NCBI GenBank assembly: GCA_051294905.1
Contig: CM119373.1
Span: forward strand, 746,001 to 810,000
DNA: 64,000 nt
Source of the DNA: Botryllus schlosseri
Lineage: Eukaryota
Reading direction: 5' to 3'
Below the pieces are notes generated by a model that saw only the letters and a program-made list of their open reading frames with translations, was not told the origin of the DNA and ran no database searches. Each line of letters begins with the position of its first letter. Position 1 is the first letter of the stretch. A program made the translations under genes and the position numbers. Of the stretch, positions 38,681-51,259 are shown piece by piece.

Positions 38681-40334
38681 AGTAGAAAAATCGCGAGTAG
38701 ATCTCCTCGTCGCTGGATCTTGATTTATCAGTTAGGGCCTGAACCTCTCGATACCACTACTGCATTGATCCGCCCATTCCTCATCCATCTTTATCGGTCA
38801 AAAGTGGTGGAGTGTTGGCAAGTAGAAAATTGTTTGTTCATCCATGCAATTTGAGTTAGTTCAACGTTATCCTTCACGTCCCACGTCCATCCTTCACGTC
38901 CCACGTCCAAGTGAATGTTCAGATATCTTGCACATGTGAAAGTCGACGCTGCAAACGTGCAAAACCCGTTCTACCGTCACGTGTTGTAAATATGATCGCA
39001 TGTGGTCTGTCGGAAAATGAATTCGAATAAAAAAAACTGTTGGTTGGCCTACGATTTGTCTAGCGACCTGACATACTCCGGGTCGGTGATTCGGCGTATA
39101 GTATACATACAAAACGTCGATTAGCAAAGTCTCTCGCGTTGCTTCGAGTTCTGCTTGACACCGTCTTTGGAGGGTGACGAAGACAATCAATGGTTGATGG
39201 GTGAAATGAAACGATTAATATACCTGAAAAGGGGACAAATATTTCATCTCTCGTTACATCGTTACTTGAAATTTATTGCTTCCGTAGGTGCCCTGTTCGT
39301 CACCGTCTCAAGCTTTTTCGTGAGATCAGGGAGTAAAATCAACGCACGTAGAGGGAGTAAAACCCTCATTTGCATCAGAAACTATTTTGTTCAAGAACTT
39401 GTCTTCAGAATAGTAATGTCACTTCACTCTTATTTTAGGCACCAGCGCAAATGTTGAGATGATAGGTGATGACGGAAAACGCGTTACAGCTACTAGCGCT
39501 AGGTGAACATTTCCAAGATATTAACGTGCTTATGCATCATGAATTTCATCTGTTGTACATTTGATGTGGTTAAAGAAAGTACACATTACGTATGTTCTCA
39601 CTTCGAAGATGTGCGATTGCCTAATTTTCCCGATCTGAATGTCATTCCTATGGCAAATGAGGCGCAACTAATCTTCCGACAAGAAAGCGGTCAACAATGG
39701 AGAAGGAGGTCGACAACGTTTAATGTGCTACCTGCACTCGGCCCGGATCCTTCAGATGCAGATTTAATTTCACATCTGTTGGAGGATTTCCACTCTATGT
39801 TCAGCGAATCGGGATGTTTCAAGTCTGATCGAACTGAGTTTATTCGACTTGCTCTCTTGTGCGTAACTTCATCTCCATTGAACGCGATGTAAACCGATTG
39901 TCAAGGAGACGGACGATCAATATCGGAGTTGATAAAGCACACCGTCGTCGGTTGAAGCCAATTTGCATGCGCCAATCTGATGGCTTGTCAGAGAATTGTT
40001 TGGTATTAATTGCAATGTGTCACTGTCTAGTGCAGGCGTGTCAAACTCAAATTGCGTCGCGAGCCGGATACAAACCTTCAAACCGGTCGCGGGCCGGACC
40101 AGTCAACTGATTCCGGAATGATCCTAGTTGAATACTTTATCAAGTATACATAGATATCAGTATATTATATAGTACCACGGATCATAGGGATTTATTCTAG
40201 CACGTAGCAACACCTTTATTCGCGAAGAATGGATTTGGTAAAAATTACGATGATTGGCCGCGTTTGAATACCGATATGAGCCGTTGAAACACTGGCGCAA
40301 ACGTCGATATAAGTTGGCACTTATCCATACTCAC

Positions 40335-41870
40335 TAGGGCTGTTCAAAATTAACTTTTTCTGGATTGCAGCCATTCAGTCATTAAATTGTCAGGATACCC
40401 TAAATAACGCTGCACCCCAAATTTGGTTCAATTCTAACGAGTATAGTGCTCCGCGGAACCAATTAAAAATTTAAATTGAAGAGGAAAATTTAAAAAAAAA
40501 TCAAATTTTTCTGTAAATCCCGTGAAATTGTTGAGCTGTCTTCAGAGACGATGCAAAACAAATTTGACTCAATTCCAACTAGCACAGCGGTTCTCAACCT
40601 TTTTTGACACGCGCCCCCCTTACATTTATCGTCATATCAAAAAGAGCACATCATCTAATACAGAGGTGGGCAACCTATCTGCTAACCATGGCTGCATTTC
40701 GATTACTTATGTAGCTTAAGGCCGCATTCCAGGGCATAGCCGCAATGAACGATCTGGACGCAAAATGCCCATGGTAAACTGTCACTATCTATTCCCGGTG
40801 AACTCCGCACTATTCTACTTTTCACAACGGCGGCCTATTGTACGCACCGAAATCGCCAGTGGCAATGTTATGAATATTTGCTTGGAGTGCATATTGTCGC
40901 GCAGTGCGCAAAAATTTTTCAGAGCCGCGAATGAATTATTTCTTGAGTATTCACATTCCTGCTCCAATTAAGAAGGGCACTACTGCATTAAAATCGAAAA
41001 ATGAAGCCTTGTTGAATTGCGCGGAGAGCGAAGAAAATTTCGAGATTAAATAAAATCTCTCGAATATTCGGGAGTGAATTCGTAATTGCAATTTGCGTGT
41101 CTACGGCTGCCAACACATACTAATTGAATTAGGCGTCGACGGCCGCACAAATACCCTTCTACTGGGCTGCCCATCCCTGATATAATAGTATACATTAGGT
41201 ATATCTTACGCCAATTTTGACCCCGCATTACAGTTGTTTACTCTTTTTACATTGCTGAGAAACTTCCCCAAACTTGTTTGAAAATAACAAAAAACACTGA
41301 AAAGGACATCAATTAATTTCAAGGTAGGTTGCATTGAGACTAATCCTGATGATGGTAGTGACTACAGAGAGCACGGTGTCATTCTGATGGTAGTGACTAC
41401 AGAGAGCACGGTGTCATTCTGTCCTGCCATGCTAAATTTGATCAGTTTTGGAAATGAATTAAATTGTGTTGATTTATAGCCAAATTGAGGGCGAAACCGG
41501 GCAACCTATATATAGCATCTAAGTCTGTTTTAGGCAGTGCAGTTCGCCAGCTATCAACAACAGCTACCTAGCGCACAGAGATTTAGGCTACTGTCAAAGC
41601 TATGAAGTAATGAATGACTTGCACGTAGGAATTTGCTCAAATGAAGTTGAAATCAGCCTATACTCCCTTGAGCATGACTGCTGGAGTTTGTCAAGCTTTC
41701 TAGAATACGAATTAAGTTTAATCCTGAATAATCGTATCTTCAGAATTGTGAAACACATGTTTAGTCACAATTTATACAGACATTGACAAAAATTTCTCGA
41801 TAGGTTGAGAACCACTGAACTAGTAGAAGCGGAGTTATTCGTTGATAATCGTAGGATTATCCACCAATCA
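40335..41870. mobile_element. hATm-like MITE, middle layer, split by 40585-41817
   Basis: Starts TAGGGCTGTTCAAAAT; the joined halves match 17315-17638 in reverse complement. Confidence 0.72.
40585..41817. mobile_element. Charlie-like hAT element, inner layer
   Basis: TIRs CAGCGGTTCTCAACC / GGTTGAGAACCACTG; TSD AACTAGCA/AACTAGTA. Confidence 0.88.
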
Positions 41871-41896
41871 AGGACACCCCTGGTCTAGTGTCTAGT

Positions 41897-42620
41897 TTAT
41901 TTGGCTGCTGGTGTATATTTCATCTGCAAATGAATCTTTCGGGTTAATGTAGGCGGAACGTGCCAAAGCTTTGGCCAAATTTTGAAGAGACCACTATTGA
42001 TTGAATTTTCAAAATTCAAATGCTTGCCCTCGAACCGCAGGCTTTGATATCTCACCAGCATCCCAAGATAATGTATCTGAGACGGAATATGAATAACATA
42101 ATGTTGTTTTGGTGTCAATGATACAGTTGGAAAAGATGCTTTGAATTCACTGAAACAATTTCATCAAGATTTACAATTATAATATATGAAAGGTTAGGAT
42201 TCTTGCTGACATTATAATGGTGAAAATCTCGAATAGTGTGTAAGACAGTGCAATGGCTGGCTGATAATTCCAGCTCTTGATATAATCACGAATCGAATCA
42301 TCAGAGGCAGCAAACAAAATAAACACCACATTCGGGATGATGACTGGCGTAATGACCCAGAATGCAATAGGTTCTTAGGTGTGATCAACTGATCATTCAT
42401 GGAATAAGGGAAATGTCCCGTTCTCAATTGAAAGTCGTCTTCATAAGTATATTCATCAATCGAAGCAGACGTTGCCATACAGTGCCTGCAATTCATGTAC
42501 ACAAAGCCAACTACCTCCTTGTATTCAGTTATCAAGTCTGCGGAATAACCTTTGAAAATATTGTGAGTACCTTGGGTACCTTGTTAAACAGTTCGATACC
42601 CTCATTTGACAGGTGTTCCA
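41897..42620 (-). pseudogene. EnSpm/CACTA (CMC) transposase fragment
   Basis: CRHCMAT, LRQSSSRMWCLFCLLPLMI, TPKQHYVIHIPSQIHYLGMLVRYQSLRFEGKH (cf. TPKxH..H..GP...xMRFExKH). Confidence 0.8.
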
Positions 42621-43149
42621 TTTGTTGGTAGAATGACTTATCATATCAAGATAGTATTTATTCCATACTTTTCAAAACGAATGTATATATATATGCTTTC
42701 ACGTCGAGATGGTGTTTAGGAGGAATGCATGTCCCTGTAAATGGAACATAGAAAACTTGTGAACTTTTATGTGACTTCCCAACGGATTGCAAATCTCTAT
42801 CACATGAATTTTGTACGGTGATGATTTCCATATTTTTCGAACCAGTTCTTCTTGATTCGTGAACGATTGGTAGCGTGTGTACGTACACGTTACGTTGTCT
42901 TTGAGGGTGAACTCCGCAACAGTTACTTATATATGTGTTCAACCTCTCAAACTTCATTCTGTACACTGGCATCTCGCCGTTACGCTTGTCGACGAGATGA
43001 TAGTTTTGAAAAGTTTGGCTACATGAAGCTGCTTTTTCCCTCTGGGCCTTGGTGTGAGACGCCCTTGTACAACTAGCAGCAGCCACCATCTGACATTTTA
43101 CCCGAATTATTTCCTGGCATTTTTACCATGTAATAAATGAGAGTCTTGA

Positions 43150-44560
43150 CAGAGTAGGCCTAGACAACGGTCTCTTGATCCAGCGCGATGCACGCCTACC
43201 ACTCATGTATGGCTGCACTGGTGACTCTCTTGGGGCGTCTGGTTTTCGGCTTCGGGCCTGGAAGTTGCGTCGCATTTGTCTGCAATCAGGGATCAGTCTG
43301 ATTTGTACAGACAGTGGAATTGGGCTCTCTGCCACGTTGTATTGCTTGGTGTAAATTCTTCTTGAGGATGTACCTTAGGGTCGCCGCAATTTTGGCTGTC
43401 GATTCCATGCGCGGTTTAAGCTGCGTCGGTCGATTTGATCTGTGCTGGCGATATTTCGGTATAGTTGTTCCTATGTTGTAAATGTGGATTTTCTGTCGCG
43501 ACTGCAACGGTGTGGCAGTGACTGCTGACAGCCCTGCTGTTTTGATGCGCTTCGGGAGTTCCCCTTTCTTCTCTGGGTTCGGAGCAGAGATGGCCACAGT
43601 CCGGTTCAGGAGCCGGAGCAGGATTTCATTGATTTTTTACCTGGCCGGACTGGATCCGGATTTTGAATTTGCGGTGACGGTCGGATTTTAGCCGGATTTT
43701 TTGCTGCAATTTGAATAATTAGCATTGTTCTGGCAGGATTTTTTCGGATTCCGAACTGGACCTTCACCAGCCGGATTTTTTCGGACTCTGAATTTGCAAT
43801 TGCCAGCCGGATCCGGATAGATTCGGATCTCGAAATTTGGGAATCCGCCCATCTCTGGTTCGGAGTTATTCCCGTCATCAACGGGTTCGGCATGCATTTC
43901 GACCAATGTGGTCGGTCGGCTGGCGACTGCCTCATTCTCATTTTCAGTCCTGTTGTTTTGTTCCGCTCTAGATATCGGGGGGAATTCCCTTCTGTTCCGA
44001 GGCTCGGTAAGATTCCCGCCAGATTTGGTTTCTTGATTTTCTTGCACGTTGGCGCGCGATATGCCCCGACTGCTCGCAAGTGCCGCATGTTGCGGTCTCC
44101 CCTTTGTGTTTGACTGCAATCTTGGTGCCGTCGATCCAAATGTAACTTTTGATCGGGTACTTTTCAATGTGGGTTTTTTCGATCAGCAAGCTTCTGACCC
44201 CGTTGTCTACTCCCAGAGCATTTTTCTGGTGGTACATGCTTTTGATGGGCCCATGGTTGTCGCGGAAATAATCGATGATTCTTTGATCCGTTATTTTCGG
44301 GTGCACCCAGCTGAGATATATTGCCAGATTTTCGGATATGAATGATCGAGTCCACACCTTTTTTTACTCTTTGCCAATTTTATGTCAATAGAAAGTTCAT
44401 GACTTCCATAAACCTGTTCGTCGAAACAGGTATGACTAAACATAATGCACTCAGTCCTCACATGCATTCCATTTACTAGATCCCCCCCCCACACCTAAAT
44501 GAAAAATGTCAGAAAGTCATGAAGTTTCAGCCGAACAGCCCCGGATTTGACTGAACGCCA
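43150..44560 (-). mobile_element. L1/Tx1-like LINE ORF1 (ZCCHC3-like, zinc knuckle), degenerate
   Basis: IYLSWVHPKITDQRIIDYF...GVDNGVR...PIKSYIWIDG..HKGETATCGTCEQSGHIAR; frameshift inside the CCHC knuckle; interrupted by a MITE. 42660-43050 may be a 3' remnant of the same element. Confidence 0.78.
43585..43857. mobile_element. hAT-type MITE, family D
   Basis: TIRs CAGAGATGG / CCATCTCTG; perfect TSD GTTCGGAG. Confidence 0.92.
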
Positions 44561-44799
44561 GTTCTTCAAAAATGTATTGCGTCTAAAAAGCCACTTGTGT
44601 TCGTTCTTGTGGTAATATAAAGTTGGTTGTTAACAACAACACATGGCATGAGCCGCTAGGCCCACTTAGCCGTTTCCGACTGTGTCGCGAGGAGGCGGAT
44701 GCGCGTACCACGAAACGCATTGACAGTCACACCACCCGTAACCAAGACCAACGAGACAGAAAACGACAGACAAATCGTTCGGTTTTCGCGCTGGTAAGG

Positions 44800-45328
44800 A
44801 ACGAGGCATAACTCGGCGTCCATATTTGAGTCGATCACCACGACATCGGAATCGACCGACAGCACTTCGTTTGCGTCGGACTGAGCGTCCGCCTGCGGAT
44901 CTTCGGCATTATCCGACTGTGAGGCGTCGATAACCGTCGAAGCGTCCGAATTCGAATCTGACTGACTCGACTGAACTGCAACAACAGCTGGTTGCTGAAT
45001 GTGCGCTAGCTGAGTAGCTACCTCAGCGTCACCAACGTCTGACAGCCCGTCGCTGTCGCTCTCATGTTCTAATGCGTCCAGTACATTCTGTAGACGCACA
45101 CGAGTGCGATCCAGCATTTGATGTCGACGATTTCGACGCCTGCTCCTCGCTTCTCTTAAGCCGCGTTGACGACCCTAAAAGTGGTGAAACTTTAAAATCA
45201 TCAAGCATACAAATGACTCTTCACCCTTACCTTTGCACGGCACGATGAGCAGTGCACTGTTGTCCACAGTCTTGACAGACGTAGCGGTGACCACACCGCT
45301 CCAGTTGCATTCTCCTACGATCGGCCAT
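44800..45328 (-). pseudogene. Unassigned two-exon ORF: Cys/His cluster + Arg-rich + acidic tract
   Basis: Exon 45328-45231 MADRRRMQLERCGHRYVCQDCGQQCTAH; 56-nt GTAAGG...TTTTAG intron (45230-45175); next exon GRQRGLREARSRRRNRRHQMLD...ESDSDGLSD... (junction is 1 nt out of frame). Confidence 0.4.
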
Positions 45329-46161
45329 AGTTCGTCGAATAAAAATTGACCAATGCTACGATGCAAAAAATAATAGGTTTACAACAAGAGAAGACACTCT
45401 ACTGCTTTTTTTAGGGGTCCAGAGGGGCCACAGCCCACCTCCCCCCGTGGGGATGGTTGTGATATTTCATCCAGCTGCAGGCACTCCCCGGTGGTAATAG
45501 GGTTTCTAAGTGTCATTGGACACGAAGAAACCATAGTTACTTCGGGTTACTTCTTTTTCTTCCGTACTAGTTGCTTCTGTTTAGGGTGTGGCCATCCGGG
45601 GTTTTGCGGGAAAAACCGGAGTGCCCGGCGAAAAACCCTGCCCTGTTGGTTCCAGAAGGCTGGCACAAGTGGGCTTTAGAGGGGGCCACCTCCGCCACCG
45701 TACTTGTGCCTGGGATACTGGCCCGTCGACGCGGCCTCAGATCCCGGTTTTGACTGGCGGCCATACTCAGTCCAATCACTGGACTATCTGGTAGATTCAA
45801 GGCCAGAAACTCGCACAGAGTACGAGCCGACAGGGTGCTTACCAAGGGGCGTCTTTTCCTCACGGGTACCTGAAAAACACGTTACAAAACAGACATACAT
45901 GTGCAAGCACGACCGGATCCCAAACTCGGCACTTCGAACAGAAGAACTGAAAGAAGCGACACAACAAGTTTACGTCAACAGGCATGCAATCGCATTGCAA
46001 CCTACATTGCGTCCAGATATTGAAAAGTGATACTCCGACACGAGACGCTCACGTTAGACTACCGTCACCACCTCCCGCACCAGCATGAGCTCATACAGCG
46101 AGGTGCCCCATCCCACGGCCAAGTACACGGGACCTCAATTTTTCACGTCAGACTACATTAA

Positions 46162-46260
46162 AGGGGCACTGCGCTCTAAAAATGATGTGGTCTCAAATTG
46201 AAGGTAAAAACGAACAAAAATTTTTGGCCGCGGCCATTTCCTTCAGAACACCACTGTAAT
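46162..46260. mobile_element. Possible Kolobok-type element end
   Basis: TTAA|AGGGGCACTG terminus pattern; no matching opposite end found. Confidence 0.3.
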
Positions 46261-47239
46261 GAAGCTGCAATTTATTGAAATTTCTACAAGACCAGCTGCC
46301 GCGGCTGCTTAACCCGTTACGAGGCACGATCAAGAGTTATTGTCAAATGTAGAAAAGCTCAGTTCGTCATGGTTAATTGAAATAACTGATTGCGCGTTGT
46401 AATAGCAAGACAATGGTTGTCGTGCTTGCATCAGCATCTCCATCATTTTGGCACTTACTAATTGATCGTAAATTAGTTCAGCATTTCCAATTATCATAGA
46501 AAGAATCTTCATGCGTGATGACTTCAAATAACCACTGACTGGTATAAGCCTACTCTTTCATTACTAAGAAAGTCATCCAATAATCTGGGCTTCCATATGT
46601 ATATTGATTTGCTAGAAATTGAGCTGCTAGCTTGAAAATGTCACCATCCTTTCGAATTGATGTAATCATACTTTGTATCTCAGGTTTGGACCAAGCTATT
46701 ACCAACTGCATCACTTCCCTATCGCTTTAAATTGTACCCCTTGACATCTTTACACTGGTATAGCCTATTTTCAACTGTTTGAAATAAAAACACTCTGCAA
46801 AACATATCATTACTATATAAACTATATAGGGTACTCCAGGATATACGGTGTAGGCCTTCATTTATCCCTACAAACTACCATATCCACAACTTTTTGCGTG
46901 ACATATCCACTCATATAATCACTATGTTGAATAACTGCTGTTGAATAACTGCCACCACCTCCATGACCAACATTACGAATGTCGACGCGCTCCTGCCACC
47001 TGAAACAGGTAGTTTCGCGTCAGCAACAAGCACGAAAACACACGTTTGCAGAAGCCTGCTAGCACGAAAATAATTTCGCGTTTCGTGCCACTACGAACGC
47101 TCTCCGTAGTCGAGCGAGACCCACTACGAACGATTGGGTAATTTTGAAACCACTACCGAAACCACGTTCACTTCGAACGGTCGTGTTTTCGAGACTGGTT
47201 TTGAAATCATTTCGAAAACATCACCTAGAACGCACCATT

Positions 47240-48778
47240 AGCGAGACCCAACGAGGTTGTTTCTTTAACCTTAAGAAATCCAGTGAAATGCTCTCTTACA
47301 GATCAACCCCTTAGTATCCACATATCGAACTACAAGCGTCATTTGTTCTTTATGGCTTCAAGCAGGAGTACAATCAAGAATGACACTGAAGTATGAGCAT
47401 CTACGAACGTCAGAAGTTATTTGAGCAAGAATATTTTTCCCACCGAGGAAATCAACTCATTCTTACCTAAATAATCATCGGGTATCTGAAAATAATCATC
47501 GGGTATCTGTTGATTCTTTACTTTTTTAGTATGCTCTGCAAGGACTGGATCAAACTTGGCTAGAAGTTCAACAAGACCTAGAAATTGACCTTGATGTTGT
47601 TTCCCTAGCCTTTCGTGTCCAGCAGTACCTCGTAACGCACAGTGATTTCTTGCTAAGTACTGGATGATTGCAAGCAAACGTTTCAGAATGGACCTCCAGT
47701 ATTCAACAAGCTAGCTCACTGTACCTGCTTTGTGCATTCTTCTGTAAATCGGTTGGGTTTGTCAGAGCGGCACGATTTTCAAAATACAAATGCACTGCTT
47801 GAAAATGTTCCTTAGATGCTTCCATGTTCACACAAGATTTTACTCATATGCTTCCAGTCCCTGCCGCCATCACTGACCAAACTACTTCTACCCGAGAGAC
47901 TAATTTGCAGAAAAAGCAATAATACACTGCATCCTTCGAGTTTAAATATACTAACCAAGTACGTTTCTGCAGTTCAGCTTCCTTTGGAAATGAGTCAGAG
48001 AACTTTCTGTCTTTGGTTACAGATAACACAAAACAGCTCAATTCCTCTTGAACTGGCCCCCTGACAACAACTTCAATTCCTCTTGAACTGGCCCCCTGAC
48101 AACAACTTCATTTTTTTTCTGACATACTTAGTCTAGATTAGATGGCCACACTCCAATATCGTCGAATTTTCAGACAACTTTTCGGTATTAGCGCGAACAT
48201 CAGTGGAGGATTGATATGCTTCAAACTGAACTCTGGGTTGTTACTGAGCACTACAACTGCCTTGAGATTCAATCTGCGTAATACCAGTTCCGTCAGACAA
48301 AGCATTCCTTACTAGTTCTTCAGGGGTGTAATACCATAGCAAGGCTGCGGTGAGGTGCTTGGTGAGTGAAGCGATGAGTCGTCTCTAGCAGCTGGCGCAT
48401 TTTCATTATTGTCGCAGTTGTCAGCAGGCTGTCTATGACATTCAGTTTCCCGAACAACAGGCAAAACATACCGCAGAATCACTGTACTTTGACTGGGTCG
48501 TGGTACCTAATGATTCTCCTGTACAATGAACGGTTGAGCTGCACAATAAATTCTTGAGATTTTTCTATTTACTATTACTGGGAGCTCCTCTTGCAAAGTC
48601 ATTGGTTTACAACATCTTCCTGTAGTTGTGCTTCACTTTGAATTTGTTCAGAACATTCTCGAGACTGCTGCAAATATTTGTGAAGCAGTCCAAAATTCGC
48701 CTTGTCATTATCTTTCTGGACCTGGGCCAACTTCCTTTTCTGATATCCAGGCTTACATTTAGCATGTACCCGTGGCAT
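47240..48778 (-). pseudogene. hAT transposase (ZMYM1-like), paralogue of 24180-25680
   Basis: MPRVHAKCKPGYQKRKL, WLVYLNSKDAVYYCFFCKL, YLARNHCALRGTAGHERLGKQHQGQFLGLVELLAKFD. Confidence 0.9.
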
Positions 48779-48989
48779 TGTAGCAGATAGGCCTAATTGA
48801 TAGATCACAGTAATTAGGAGATACTGATGCTACCAATTATAACATGAAAGGTGAATAATTGTTCAACTCATGGTATCTCATGAAATGTGGTTGCCCACTG
48901 ACCAGTTCGCCTTACTTAATGTGCTGTTTACTAAAGTCAATCTCTAGAATCAAATGGTCAAGTTGCCATTATACAATGCCATCATATCC

Positions 48990-50489
48990 CAGCGGCGGAA
49001 AAGGGGCCAAATTGTTCAATAACGTTGCAACATTACCCACAGACCTTTTTTCAATCACCTGGAATTCCAGTCATATATTGTTGATATACTGTTGTAGGAC
49101 ACCAAATCAACTACCTACAACTACACTGGATCCAACTACAACAACTGCTATTATTTTAAGCCTTTTTCAACTGAATGTAAAATCGTAAAATAAAACTTTC
49201 TGTGCAATAATATGAGAGTGATTAAATTTTATGAATTTTAAATAAAAATTGAGAGATTAGTTTCTTTACATTTGAAACTGATCCAACTTATATACGTAAG
49301 TTTGAAACTGATCCAACTTATATACGTAAGTTTTAGTTTTTTCAACAAAAAACTGAAAATCTCCGGTTATGTTTAAGTTGTTTTCTTTGAAATTTATGTC
49401 AATGTGTAAGTACTATAAGGGTACTCTTCTTCAGACTTTTTCTGCTACTTGGCTTCCAGTCATGTTCGATGCTTTTTCGTCCACCTCTTCACAAATCTGT
49501 ATTTAAATTCCAACTCAGTCTACATTCTACAAAAACAAATCCAAATCTTCATCTGCTACAGCAGTGGTTCTCAACCATTTTGTCTTCGCTGACTCCTTTT
49601 GGCCGTCAGGGACCCCGCGGACACCTTGAGTTTTCGTTCAAATTTAGCTCAATTATCGTTCAAACGTGATATGGCTTGTGCAAATTTTAATTGTGGGATA
49701 GAAATTGCCTCGATTTTTATTATTTCGAAGCGAATTTGGCAGGTGTATTTATTGAAATAAGTGTTCGTGTCTTGAAAACCCGCGCTCTTGATTTGATTTG
49801 AACGAGTGCTGAAAATCTATTTCCACAAAGATAGGTGTTGTTGAATGTAATATTAACTAGCAGCCCTTCCGTTGACACCTTGAGGCACCAAATTGAGAAA
49901 CATATTTTTAATGAACGTCGAGCCTAGACATCTCTATCTAGCAGCTCATCTTGAAGTTATTTTTGAATAGTGGTTATGTTTATTAGAGAAAACAATGGAG
50001 CAAAAATGTCCATTTCTAGCGACTGCTTGGTATAGTTTGCTAAGACTGATAACTTGTAAACATTTCAAAGTCTATTTCATTTCCGACGGCCATTTTTGAA
50101 ATACGAGTCGTGAAGTTTTACCAGTTATGAGGCGAAACCTGTCTCGTGATTTCCCTCATTGAAAAAATAAAATAGGCTAACAATCATTTTGCAAATTTTA
50201 GAGGTCCCGCGGACCCCCTGAAAATGCTTCGCTGACCCCCCATTGAGAACCACTGTTCTACAGTGTTTCCACTGAATCTTTGACATTGGCATAAACATCG
50301 TCAGCTCAATTTGCGAGATACAATCAAACTAGCTATTCGAATAAATGTATGTCTCAACTGCTTCCGAACAGGGTCAAATATTGAAAATAAAGGGCCAAGG
50401 GGCCAAATTGATTTTTGAGGGGCCAACTGCCTCTGAAAAGGGCCAAATTTGTGGAATTTGGCCCCAAAAGGGCTAATCTGGCAACCCTG
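48990..50489. mobile_element. hAT-type element, private to copy B
   Basis: Right TIR CTGGCAACCCTG, degenerate left end CAGCGGCGG, GGGCCAA subterminal motifs; perfect TSD TCATATCC; empty site at ~23941-23948. Confidence 0.85.
49562..50255. mobile_element. Charlie-like MITE nested in 48990-50489
   Basis: TIRs CAGTGGTTCTCAA / TTGAGAACCACTG; TSD TGCTACAG/TTCTACAG. Confidence 0.88.
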
Positions 50490-51259
50490 TCATATCCTGA
50501 TCATTCCATTCATTCTGCCCTACTAGGTATGATTGCTTTTAAGGCAAGCACTAAATTTTCTTTGTTACGTCACATCATGTCATGGCTGTGGAGTATTGGC
50601 GTTGGTGTGCTAGTATACGCATCAATCACTCGGCACTATGCATCCCTCCAGGGTAACCGTTTGTTGTTGATGGCTGTAGCCTTACATAATTAAGCACCAA
50701 GTTTAATGGTACACCAAATATCGCTACAACATACAAATATTCAATCATTTACTATCTAAATAAAGGTCTCCATGCAACCAATTTAAGCCTGACAAATACT
50801 GCACTACACACATTTGGTAAGGACATGGGGCCGAAGGAAATAAACAACAGGTATTGAGCACAGAAAATCACTGGAGAGTGACACCCATTGCTACGTTTGA
50901 GCGTGGCTAACATGCCGAGCCCAAATTGTTCGAAAGTGGAGGACTATTTTATAAACGAAACACGCGAACACAGAAATAACCTCTGTTGATATGCAGAAAC
51001 CCTTCAAACTACGCCAACTTTGTCAGGAAACACATCATCTTGAATAATTCGTGGGGGTCAAAACATTACTTTTATAATATTTTGAGAGGACCAGGTCCTT
51101 TACGGTATGGTTTCTGTGGTAGGCTATTAGTAATGCGCTGCATCCACACTACACTTCCTTGCGAGGGAATCTTGCTCCATGCAATGAAGCATGGTGTTTC
51201 CTGTTACAGGTCATACATGTGCTGACTGATTTGTATTCAGCGTTGCCATTTTCTGTCGA

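Larger units (their letters stand above)
40033..41882. mobile_element. Charlie-like hAT element, outer layer of a nest
   Basis: TIRs CAGGCGTGTC / GACACCCCTG; perfect TSD GTCTAGTG (40025-40032, 41883-41890). Confidence 0.85.

Noticed and set aside
43606..44167. 159-177 aa ORFs as independent genes
   Set aside because: They are read-throughs of decayed LINE ORF1 into the inserted family D MITE.
45420..45500. HDV-like ribozyme
   Set aside because: A CCAC-CTCCCCCC-GTGG hairpin exists, but the L3 loop is non-canonical and I could not build P1/P2 pairings.
45995..46035. U2 snRNA fragment as the target of a Keno/Tx1 element
   Set aside because: Only a weak partial resemblance, and it is the wrong part of U2 for a 5' flank.
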